Source: Bdellovibrionaceae bacterium UBA6776
Lineage (GTDB): Bacteria > Bdellovibrionota > Bdellovibrionia > Bdellovibrionales > UBA1609
Assembly (NCBI GenBank): GCA_002453155.1
Contig: DKGG01000055.1
Coordinates: forward strand, 5,271 to 69,270
Direction of reading: 5' to 3'
DNA: 64,000 nt
Part shown: positions 23,280 through 35,066 of the stretch, piece after piece
Numbering within the stretch: position 1 is the first letter of the stretch
Layout: each line of letters opens with the position of its first letter
Program-made: the position numbers and the translations under genes
The notes under the pieces: model-generated
Seen by the model: the letters and a program-made list of their open reading frames with translations, nothing else
Told to the model about the DNA's origin: nothing
The model's database searches: none

Positions 23280-25841
23280 ATGAAAACTCTTTATCTTGTT
23301 GATGCCAGCGCCATGTTCTTTCGAGCCTTTTTTGCTCTTCCTCCTTTGACCAGTCCTGATGGAATGCCCACGAATGCTCTTTACGGGTTTTACTCCATGA
23401 CGCAAAAGCTTTTGAAAGATGAAAAGCCCGATCATTTGATCTATTGCTTTGATCGCAAAGAACCTACTTTTCGAAATGAAATCTACCCAGAGTACAAAGC
23501 CAACCGAGATGAAATGCCAGAAGACTTGGTTCCTCAAGTTCCCTACATGAGAAAGTTCACAGATTGCCTTCATATTCTCAGCATGGATCAATTGGGATTC
23601 GAAGCGGATGATTTGATCGGAAGCTTGGCCAAACAAGGAGAAGAAAAAGGCTACAAAGTGGTTATTGTCAGTGGGGATAAGGACTTTGCCCAATTGGTCA
23701 CCAAAAATGTAACTTTGCTCGACACTATGAAAGACAAGCGGACCGACATTCAAGGAGTGGTGGAGAAGTGGGGAGTCCGACCTGATCAAATCATCGATTA
23801 TTTGGCAATCTGTGGAGACAGCAGTGACAACATTCCTGGGGTTCGCGGGATCGGACCCAAAGGGGCGCAGAAACTGCTTTCTGAATATGAAACTTTGGAA
23901 AACATCTATGAGCACATAGAGGAGATCAAACCTCCGGGAACGCAAAAAAAGCTGAAAGAGTCCCGCGACAACGCCTTTTTGTCCAAAGAGTTGGCAACCA
24001 TCAAGACCGATATGAATTTGGATGTAGATTGGGAAACTTCTATTTTCGAAGATCCCAATGTGGAAGAGCTCAGAAAACTTTTGGTCCAATTGGGGTTCAA
24101 AACTTTTGTTAAGAACCTGGAAAAGACCATGGAAGTGGCTCAGAATGAAAACTCCAAATTTAAAGTGGACGTGGCGGTTGAGAATGAGCCCACCAAAAGT
24201 TCCCAATCCAACTCTTCCGAAAGTTATCAGTTGGTCGATTGGTCCACCGAAGACATTCAAAAGAACTTGGCGCCTTACTCTGAAATCTCAGCGCTCTATT
24301 GTCGAAAAGGTTTGGCCTTTGAATCGGGCACAAAGATCTTTGTTGTCAGTGAATGCTCTGATGAATTGAAGCAGGTTCTGGAAAAGAAGAACTTGCAGTG
24401 GAGTGGCTACGAATTGAAAGAAGTTTTTAAATTTCTTCGCCTTCGTCATGCCCAAGTTAAATTTGACGGTCAATTGGCAGCTCATATTTTAAGTTCGGAC
24501 AAGGTGGGTGGTTTTGAAGAATCTTTGGAGAAAGTTCTCGAAGCTCAAGTGGGAGATTTAACTTCTTGGGAAGAGCACTTTGCCCTTTATGCAGATCTTC
24601 GAAAAAACTTGGAAGCTAAAGTTAAAGAAAGTGGGATGCAAAAGGTTTTAGACAAGCTGGAATATCCTCTGGAAGAGGTTTTGGCGTCCATGGAACTTTG
24701 TGGAGTGAAGGTCGACGTGGAAGAGTTGAAGCGGCAAAGTGAAACTTTGACCGGCGACATCCAGAAGCTTGAAAAGGCCATTCATGAAATGGCAGGAAAA
24801 GATTTTAACGTGGCCAGTCCCAAGCAGCTTTCGGAAATTCTATTTACCGATTTAAAACTCACGCCAGGTCGAAAAACCAAAACGGGATTTTCCACAGACA
24901 ACGAAGTATTGATGAAGCTCAAGGCGGAACATCCCATTGCGGACCTGTTGATCGAATATCGAGAGCTTTCCAAATTGAAGTCCACTTACGTGGATGCCAT
25001 TCCTTTGTTGGTGGATGAGAAAACAAAACGCGTTCATACTCATTTGAATCAAGCAGCGACATCCACAGGACGACTTTCCAGCACAAATCCCAACCTTCAA
25101 AACATCCCCATTCGCACCGCTCGAGGTCGAGAGGTTCGAAAGGCCTTTGTTGCAGAAGAAGGAAAGGTCTTGATTTCGGCGGATTACAGCCAAATTGAAC
25201 TGCGAATTCTTGCGCACATTTCTGAAGACAAAGGCTTGATTGAAGCCTTTAAAAAAGACCAAGACATTCACACGGCGACGGCCTCTGAAATTTTCAATTG
25301 CAGTCCGGAGGAAGTGAATGCGGAGTTGAGGCGTCAGGCCAAGGCCGTCAATTTTGGAATCGCTTACGGCCAGGGAGTGTTTGGTCTTGCGGACACGTTG
25401 GGAATTGCTCGGGCAGAATCCAAGGCCATCATTGAGCGCTATTTTGATCGTTTTCCTGGAGTGAAGGATTACATGGAAAAGGTGGTTCATTCCGCCTATG
25501 AAAATGGCTATGTAGAAACTCTTTTTGGTCGCAAAAGATTCATTCAAGAGATCAAATCGAAGAACCACGCTTTAAGAAAGTTCGGGGAGCGTGCGGCCAT
25601 CAATGCGCCCATTCAAGGAACCGCTGCGGATTTGGTCAAGCTTGCGATGATTGAGGCCCACCAGAATTTGCCGATTTCTCTGGTGCTTCAAGTGCACGAT
25701 GAATTGATTTTTGAGTGCGAAAAAGAGGATGCCGAAAGCTGGAGCACTGAAGTGAAAGACATCATGGAAAATATTTTCGAAATGAAAGTGCCGTTGAAGG
25801 TGAATGTGGCCTATGGCACCAACTGGGACGACGCCCACTAG
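23280..25841 (+). CDS. polA: DNA polymerase I (5'-nuclease + degenerate 3'-5' exonuclease region + polymerase)
   Basis: 5'-nuclease motifs (GDKDFAQL, CGDSSDNIPGVRGIGPKGA). Polymerase motif A DYSQIELRILAH, motif B RRQAKAVNFGIAYG, motif C LQVHDELIFE. Confidence 0.95.
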   Translation: MKTLYLVDASAMFFRAFFALPPLTSPDGMPTNALYGFYSMTQKLLKDEKPDHLIYCFDRKEPTFRNEIYPEYKANRDEMPEDLVPQVPYMRKFTDCLHILSMDQLGFEADDLIGSLAKQGEEKGYKVVIVSGDKDFAQLVTKNVTLLDTMKDKRTDIQGVVEKWGVRPDQIIDYLAICGDSSDNIPGVRGIGPKGAQKLLSEYETLENIYEHIEEIKPPGTQKKLKESRDNAFLSKELATIKTDMNLDVDWETSIFEDPNVEELRKLLVQLGFKTFVKNLEKTMEVAQNENSKFKVDVAVENEPTKSSQSNSSESYQLVDWSTEDIQKNLAPYSEISALYCRKGLAFESGTKIFVVSECSDELKQVLEKKNLQWSGYELKEVFKFLRLRHAQVKFDGQLAAHILSSDKVGGFEESLEKVLEAQVGDLTSWEEHFALYADLRKNLEAKVKESGMQKVLDKLEYPLEEVLASMELCGVKVDVEELKRQSETLTGDIQKLEKAIHEMAGKDFNVASPKQLSEILFTDLKLTPGRKTKTGFSTDNEVLMKLKAEHPIADLLIEYRELSKLKSTYVDAIPLLVDEKTKRVHTHLNQAATSTGRLSSTNPNLQNIPIRTARGREVRKAFVAEEGKVLISADYSQIELRILAHISEDKGLIEAFKKDQDIHTATASEIFNCSPEEVNAELRRQAKAVNFGIAYGQGVFGLADTLGIARAESKAIIERYFDRFPGVKDYMEKVVHSAYENGYVETLFGRKRFIQEIKSKNHALRKFGERAAINAPIQGTAADLVKLAMIEAHQNLPISLVLQVHDELIFECEKEDAESWSTEVKDIMENIFEMKVPLKVNVAYGTNWDDAH

Positions 25842-25941
25842 GACATCCGCACATCGATTTTTGCTTTGTTATTTCGCTCTTCGACGTATTATGCATACGC
25901 CTTCGAGCTCATGCCGCGCAAAAATCGATGTGCGGATGTCC
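25841..25941. repeat. Perfect 22-bp inverted repeat with 57-nt spacer, starting on the last base of the polA stop codon
   Basis: GGACATCCGCACATCGATTTTT (25841-25862) is the exact reverse complement of AAAAATCGATGTGCGGATGTCC (25920-25941). Confidence 0.9.
25870..25891 (+). repeat. Direct repeat copy A (22 nt)
   Basis: TATTTCGCTCTTCGACGTATTA is 20/22 identical to copy B, sharing an exact 15-mer CTCTTCGACGTATTA. A looser copy lies at 25950-25966, and the TCGACGTAT core recurs at 26122-26130. Confidence 0.8.
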
Positions 25942-25986
25942 TGCGCCGCTATTTCGCCTCGTCTACAGGCGAACTAGCCACAACTC

Positions 25987-26008
25987 TATTTAACTCTTCG
26001 ACGTATTA
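25987..26008 (+). repeat. Direct repeat copy B (22 nt)
   Basis: TATTTAACTCTTCGACGTATTA lies immediately 5' of the 75-nt hairpin. Confidence 0.8.
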
Positions 26009-26009
26009 G

Positions 26010-26084
26010 TTCGCCAAAAGGTACCTGCTTCCTTTTCCGATATGCGGTGCATATCGGAAAAGGAAGCAGGTACCTTTTGGCGAA
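26010..26084. repeat. 75-nt perfect hairpin (36-bp stem, 3-nt loop)
   Basis: TTCGCCAAAAGGTACCTGCTTCCTTTTCCGATATGC-GGT-GCATATCGGAAAAGGAAGCAGGTACCTTTTGGCGAA, with every position paired when checked base by base. Confidence 0.9.
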
Positions 26085-26134
26085 GGGTGCAGGAAATGTT
26101 AGGTGTCCGGGGCGGGGGTTGTCGACGTATGGGC

Positions 26135-26779
26135 TTACATGTCTTCGGTTTCCCAGCCGACCACGCGGCCGCCTTCGAAGTAAACCGAGCGCAGCTCTTG
26201 CTGGTATCCATCGTTTCCAGAAACAATGCGCTTGTAACGCCATCGTTCATACCCATAAACCGTATTTCCGGCCACTTCAATCACGTCAGGATCGCCCCAA
26301 CTTTCGCGAACGGCGGACTCACTCATCCCCAATGCCAGATCATTGGATTCAATCACTTTGGCAATCTCATCCGAGTGAGAGTCTTGGCGATTCAATCCTC
26401 GCATGGTGATCCATCTTGCCTTTGCTTCTCTGGAGCCGAGCAGTAAAAATTGAATGCGCTCACGATCACTCCCAAGGCTGCTGCGCAACTGATAGTACTG
26501 GGCTTTTTCAGAACGAGTGTCTAACTGGTTTTCCAATTCTTTCAGATAAATGCGTTCGTTCAATCGTTGTTGGTCATAGGAACTTAAGTATCCATTGGGA
26601 AGCCCCAATTCTTCTTTGGCTTCCAAAGCATATTTTGTTTTCGGATTGTAAACTGGTTGGTAGGAAGAATTTGAATTTACCGATTGAATTCTTCGGTCCA
26701 GCAAGGAACAGGCACTTGGTCCAGTTAGAAAAATCAAAACCACAAAGGCGCTCAAAATTCTTGCTGCAGCTTGAGTCAC
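26135..26779 (-). CDS. Lipoprotein with C-terminal BamE/SmpA-OmlA-like region, unknown function
   Basis: Signal peptide plus lipobox (VVLIFLTGPSAC). The C-terminal MSESAVRESWGDPDVIE..YGYERWRY..VYFEGGRVVGWE resembles the SmpA/OmlA fold. Confidence 0.6.
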   Translation of the reverse strand: MTQAAARILSAFVVLIFLTGPSACSLLDRRIQSVNSNSSYQPVYNPKTKYALEAKEELGLPNGYLSSYDQQRLNERIYLKELENQLDTRSEKAQYYQLRSSLGSDRERIQFLLLGSREAKARWITMRGLNRQDSHSDEIAKVIESNDLALGMSESAVRESWGDPDVIEVAGNTVYGYERWRYKRIVSGNDGYQQELRSVYFEGGRVVGWETEDM

Positions 26780-26859
26780 TATAGACCTCCTTGTTCATAC
26801 AGTCCTCAATTGAGCTTTTCGGTTTCATTTTGAGAAAAATTAAGTCCATAATAGAAGCT

Positions 26860-27795
26860 ATGTCCGAAAACGATGAATCAAAGAGCAAAGAGTCCGCTCC
26901 TTCCGCAGATGAAATTGCGCTGGACGATATTGATGCGCTCTTAGATCAAGAAGATCCGAGTTTTCGCGAGGAACTGACCCAAGTCGCCTCTGTCCAGACC
27001 GATGTGGAGTTGGATGAAGAGGGCAGCCTGGGAGAGCTTCAGGACGAAGGGCTAAATGAAGAGGCCGAAGAAGAACCCAAGTCAAAGTTCAAAAAGATTC
27101 TTTTCAACATCAAAGCCAATCTCAAATTTAGGTTCGATAATTTTAAAAGATTTCTTTCGCAAAAATTTTTCCAATTCCTCCTGTTTTTAAAAACAAAACC
27201 CAAGGAATGGCTTCAGTATGTTTTGGCCCAACTCAAAGTGGTCTTGGGATTTTTTGTTGCTTGGAAAAACCGCTTTGCAGCACTTCCGCGAAAGCAAAAA
27301 GGCATTGTCTTTGGCGTCTTGATTTTGAGTGTGGCTCTTATCTTTATGACTTACAAAAATCTAAAAGGCGTGTGGTTGCCCACGCTCAATCCGCCTTTGA
27401 TACAGTCCTATTATCAAGTTGCCGATAAAGAACATTTTTATGGCGGGGAAGATTTTGAATTGTTTTACAAAGCCTTCCCTCGTGATCCTGATTTGTTTTT
27501 ATTCGACAAATTTAAGGTCAATTTAAAACACAGTGAGGGGCATCGAAATCCCATGGGGGCCTTTGAAGTGGTTCTTGAGTTGGACTCCAAGGATGCTGCG
27601 ATTGAGGTTCAAAGTCGCCAGATCGAATTTCACGATTTGATTCAAAGGGAGTTTGAAGATCAAACCTATCCCTCCATGCTGACGGATTTGGGAAAGCTCC
27701 GCTTAAAAAACCAAATCAAAAAAAGATTGGATGTGGAGCTCTCCCAAGGATGGATAGAAGACGTTCACTTTCAGACCTTTATTTTGAAACCCTAA
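26860..27795 (+). CDS. FliL-like membrane protein (acidic N-terminus, one TM, FliL-type C-terminal domain)
   Basis: Track ORF 26791..27795, with start moved to ATG 26860. TM helix GIVFGVLILSVALIFMTY. C-terminal FKVNLK..GAFEVVLELDSKDAAIEV..IEFHDLIQREF..LGKLRLKNQIKKRLD..VHFQTFILKP matches the FliL family pattern. Confidence 0.6.
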   Translation: MSENDESKSKESAPSADEIALDDIDALLDQEDPSFREELTQVASVQTDVELDEEGSLGELQDEGLNEEAEEEPKSKFKKILFNIKANLKFRFDNFKRFLSQKFFQFLLFLKTKPKEWLQYVLAQLKVVLGFFVAWKNRFAALPRKQKGIVFGVLILSVALIFMTYKNLKGVWLPTLNPPLIQSYYQVADKEHFYGGEDFELFYKAFPRDPDLFLFDKFKVNLKHSEGHRNPMGAFEVVLELDSKDAAIEVQSRQIEFHDLIQREFEDQTYPSMLTDLGKLRLKNQIKKRLDVELSQGWIEDVHFQTFILKP

Positions 27796-29080
27796 ATTTT
27801 GGGAGATCAATGTTGTAAGCTTTGATGCGATCATGGAGGGTGCTTTTGGGCATTCCCAGATCCAGTGCGGTTTGTCTTTGATTTCCTTTGTTGGCCGCCA
27901 GTCGTTTCTTGATCAATTCCAATTCCAAATCTTTCAGGAGGGCACTGTTAACTATACCTGCATTTTCAGATTTTGTTTCGCTGGGAATCGAGGGAATAGC
28001 TTCATCCGCGGACTCCAGCAAATGTTCAATGCAGTGATCATCGGTAATTTCATCTCCCAAGTAAGCCTTGGCTTTAAAAACGAAATTTTTAAGTTCTCGA
28101 ATGTTCCCGGGCCACGAGTATTCTTTCAGTCGACGAATCTGTTTGCTAGAAAACGAAACGCCGCCTTCTTTGCAAAACCCATAAAGAAGACCTTCAAAAT
28201 CCTCCATGCGTTCCCAAAGGGCGGGAACTTTAACTTGCAAGACATTCAACCGGTAGTAGAGATCCATGCGAAATTCACCGCGATAAACCTTTTCTTTCAA
28301 TTGGTGGTGAGTGGCGGCCAGAATGCGAACATCTGTAGAAAGGCTGTCGTCTCTTCCCACGGGTCGAATCTCTTTGTTTTCAAGGGCTCGAAGAAGTTTG
28401 GGTTGGAGACTCAGTGGCAAATCCCCCACTTCGTCCAAGAACAAAGTTCCACCTCGGGCGGCTTCAAAAGCACCTTTCCGATCGGAGGTGGCTCCAGTGA
28501 AACTTCCCTTGGTGTGTCCAAACAGTTCACTCTCTATCAAAGATTCACTCAAGGCGCTGCAATTGACACAAACGAGGGGGCCGGTTTTTCGCAAGGATTT
28601 GTCATGGAGAGTTTTTGCGATCAGTTCTTTTCCTGCGCCAGAGGGTCCCAAGATCAATACCGGAAGATCCGATCGGGAAAGGTTGTCCATCTGTGAAAGC
28701 GTTTGGGCCCATTTGGAATTTTTGCTCCACAGAGAGTGGTTGGTTTCTTTGAGGTCTCGTTTGAAAGAAAAGGTCAGGTGGGTTTGTCCCAATTGAATGC
28801 GATCCCCTTCGTTCAAAAGAGCTTCCACAATTCGAGCTCCATTTAAAAATGTGCCGTTGCGACTGCGCAAATCTCGAAGCAAAAATCCTTGGGGTTTGCG
28901 CTCGATGCGAGCGTGCCGCAAAGACATAAAGGGGTCTTCAAAGGAACGGTTGCAAGAGGAATCCCGGCCGAAACTGACCAGATCATTGATTTCAAATCCC
29001 CAGGATCCCTGTTCCGGTTGATGAATAAATGCGGTTTCGCCAGTGGTGGATTTGCTTTTTAGGGTTTGAGTTCCATTCAT
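27779..29080 (-). CDS. Sigma-54-dependent transcriptional activator with N-terminal FHA domain (FHA-AAA+-Fis HTH)
   Basis: FHA FGRDSSCNRSFEDPFMSLRHARIE..RNGTFLNG. Walker A GPSGAGKE, GSFTGA (GAFTGA loop), Walker B GTLFLDEVGDL. C-terminal HTH QRQTALDLGMPKSTLHDRIKAY. Confidence 0.9.
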   Translation of the reverse strand: MNGTQTLKSKSTTGETAFIHQPEQGSWGFEINDLVSFGRDSSCNRSFEDPFMSLRHARIERKPQGFLLRDLRSRNGTFLNGARIVEALLNEGDRIQLGQTHLTFSFKRDLKETNHSLWSKNSKWAQTLSQMDNLSRSDLPVLILGPSGAGKELIAKTLHDKSLRKTGPLVCVNCSALSESLIESELFGHTKGSFTGATSDRKGAFEAARGGTLFLDEVGDLPLSLQPKLLRALENKEIRPVGRDDSLSTDVRILAATHHQLKEKVYRGEFRMDLYYRLNVLQVKVPALWERMEDFEGLLYGFCKEGGVSFSSKQIRRLKEYSWPGNIRELKNFVFKAKAYLGDEITDDHCIEHLLESADEAIPSIPSETKSENAGIVNSALLKDLELELIKKRLAANKGNQRQTALDLGMPKSTLHDRIKAYNIDLPKFRVSK

Positions 29081-29237
29081 ATTTGAGCTCCTTTTTGTAA
29101 AACCTCACTCCTTTCAAAGTTTGAGCCCAAATTTTTAAAGGCGATGTGTTCGTAGATTGAGTTTGAGATCAATTCATCCAGAATGGCGGACCGAGAACAT
29201 GGACTTTTGCAGGCAATTGTGAGAGGCCTTAAAGATC

Positions 29238-29863
29238 ATGAATCCCTCCGAGAAGCACCACACCAAATATCTTTGCAGCGCCTGGCTGCCCAAAGATTAT
29301 CCCAATGAAGATCGGCCCGAAGTGGCCATGGCGGGTCGCTCCAACGCAGGGAAGTCCTCCTTCTTAAACGCGATTTTTGGAAAGAAGCTGGCCAAGGTCA
29401 GTGGCACTCCCGGAAAAACGCGAAGTTTGAATTTTTTTAATTTTGGCGAGTACTACCGGTGGGTGGATATGCCCGGATATGGTTTTGCATCTCGGGGGAA
29501 AAAAGAAAAGGAAGCGTGGACCCAAGCCATCGAGTCCTATTTGAGCCATCGACCCAACTTGTGTGGATTGGTTTTGATCATGGATGCTCGAAGAGATTGG
29601 TCTGCGGATGAGGATCTTTTGGTGAAATGGGGGGCCCACTTTCAAAAGCCCGTCTTGGTTCTGTTAAATAAGGCGGACAAATTTTCCCGCTCCCAGGGGC
29701 TTCGGCGAAAGGCGCAAATCGAAAAGCAAAGTGGGGTGCCCTGTCTTTTGGTTTCAGCCTCGTTAAAAAAGGGCTGTGAAGAAGCAGAAACCTACATCTA
29801 TGAAAATTGGATCGCCCCTTATTTGGGCTTGGATTTGAATGACGATAATGAGGGGGAGGAATA

Positions 29864-29864
<1 letters not shown>
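29238..29864 (+). CDS. engB: Ribosome-biogenesis GTPase EngB/YsxC
   Basis: G1 GRSNAGKSS, G3 DMPGYGF, G4 LNKADK. Confidence 0.85.
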
Positions 29865-33365
<3,501 letters not shown>

Positions 33366-33429
33366 GCTTACGGCCAGATCTTTTCGGGATCCGCTATACT
33401 TTCAAAAGTCTGCTGAAGATACTGTAATC

Positions 33430-34140
33430 ATGCTTCAAAAAAAATGGATTCAACTCATTCTTATCGGCCCATTGTTTGTGATGGGAATGTCTTCCAACGC
33501 GGACAAAATTGAGCTTCCCGACGAAGAGTTGGCCCGAGATTCTGTCCTTCCCGTTTTTGAAAAAACTCAAGCCGTGCTTAATAAAAACGTAAAAACAAAT
33601 GGCAGGTTTCAGTTTGGTTTGGGTGCGGGTCTCGAGGTGAATGAACCCTTTTATAACGACACGTTATATGGAGTTTTTGGGGCTTATCATTTCAATGAAA
33701 TTCATGGTGTGAATTTGCAATTCCAAGCATGGAGTCCCGGTCTTTCCAATTATGGGGAGCAGATCAAAACGGATCAAGGGTTGGATCCCGACCGCAGCCC
33801 ACAGCCTCAGTGGGCAGCCATCATGAACTATGAGTTTGTGGCTTATTATGGAAAGATATCACTGTCTAAGCAAACAGTGATGAATTTGAATCTGTTTGCG
33901 GATGTGGGTTTGATGTACTTGGACATTGAAGATCGTAGCACCTTCGGGCTCAACTTAGGTATTGGACAAACACTTTTCTTTACCAACAATGTCGGGTTGC
34001 GATTGGATCTTAAAACCGTGATTTTCAAGGGTCCGGACCCAGCCTCTCGTCCAGCCAGTCCACCTCCTGCGGCATCTGACTTTGAGGAGAATGTTCATGT
34101 AAACAACCAAGTCCTCGCATCTCTTCTATTCCTTCTTTAA
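33430..34140 (+). CDS. Outer-membrane beta-barrel protein, GltA/NfsA-like (gliding cluster)
   Basis: Signal peptide and beta-strand periodicity. Paired with a paralogue immediately downstream and followed by TPR, PglI-like and TolQR-like genes. Confidence 0.65.
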   Translation: MLQKKWIQLILIGPLFVMGMSSNADKIELPDEELARDSVLPVFEKTQAVLNKNVKTNGRFQFGLGAGLEVNEPFYNDTLYGVFGAYHFNEIHGVNLQFQAWSPGLSNYGEQIKTDQGLDPDRSPQPQWAAIMNYEFVAYYGKISLSKQTVMNLNLFADVGLMYLDIEDRSTFGLNLGIGQTLFFTNNVGLRLDLKTVIFKGPDPASRPASPPPAASDFEENVHVNNQVLASLLFLL

Positions 34141-34214
34141 GGAACTCTCGACTTAGGGTCGGTCGAGGCTTTCCTAAGTGACTAAAAAAGTTGAAGATAT
34201 TTAGAGTGAGCGAC

Positions 34215-35066
34215 ATGAGAATGCATCAAGGAGTACATGTGTCCAACCTTTTTCCCTTTCAAAAGTTCGTATGTCTATTGATATTTCTATCTGCATGGAC
34301 ACCGGTGATCGGACAGGAGCTTGATCTTTCTCCCGAATCGGATGGAGAGGTAGAAGAGCTTTATGATCGCTTGGATCAACAGGTTGAAGATCAGAACCGG
34401 GTGAATACCAAAAAAGCTCAAGAAAATTCATCGAAGAAGGTCGAAGAAGTACAAAACTTATCCGATCTTGCTCGCTTGCAAGCGTTTGAAGATGTTGCCG
34501 TGATTCAAAAACGGTTTTTACCAAAAACCGGTCGCTTCGAACTTTCAGCACTTGGCTTTACGAATTTGAATAACCCTTTTTTCAACAATTTGGGTGGCGG
34601 ATTTAAGTTGGGCTACCACTTTTCTGAAAACTGGGGAGCCTCATTGGTGGGAAATTGGTTTGGAGTGGCTGCGCGCCAAGTGACAAAAGATCTAGAGGAA
34701 AAGGCCCTTGTGAAAGCAGCCAATACGGTCACCCCGCGTTCTTACCTGGGCGCTGCAATCAATTGGTCACCCATCTATGGTAAAATATCTTTATTGAATC
34801 GGTCTATTGTTCCTTTTGATCTGAGCTTTTCATTTGGTGGAGGGACGACCACGACAGATGTGAAAAGTGGAGAGCCCACAGTTCATGTGGCCACGAGCCA
34901 AAACTTTGCGGTTTCAAAGTCCTTTTCTTTTCGATGGGACATCATGCTCAATTTTTACCAAGCCACGGCTATTGATAAAAACGGCAATTCATCCAAATTG
35001 GCTCAAAATGATTTCTTTATCGGTTTGGGATTGAGCTGGTTCTTTCCGGAGGCAACCTATCGATGA
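34215..35066 (+). CDS. Outer-membrane beta-barrel protein, GltB/NfsB-like (gliding cluster)
   Basis: Track ORF 34191..35066, with ATG 34215 preferred. Signal peptide, shared paralogous blocks with the upstream gene (YGKISL.., NxLxxGxGxxYxF), and C-terminal aromatic end. Confidence 0.65.
   Translation: MRMHQGVHVSNLFPFQKFVCLLIFLSAWTPVIGQELDLSPESDGEVEELYDRLDQQVEDQNRVNTKKAQENSSKKVEEVQNLSDLARLQAFEDVAVIQKRFLPKTGRFELSALGFTNLNNPFFNNLGGGFKLGYHFSENWGASLVGNWFGVAARQVTKDLEEKALVKAANTVTPRSYLGAAINWSPIYGKISLLNRSIVPFDLSFSFGGGTTTTDVKSGEPTVHVATSQNFAVSKSFSFRWDIMLNFYQATAIDKNGNSSKLAQNDFFIGLGLSWFFPEATYR

Noticed and set aside
25986-26446. Four 85-134-aa ORFs on both strands across the polA-lipoprotein intergenic region
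   Set aside because: They read through the perfect palindromes. Mirror-image peptides such as SEKEAGTFW appear on both strands purely because of the inverted repeat. They also run antisense into the lipoprotein gene, with no RBS.
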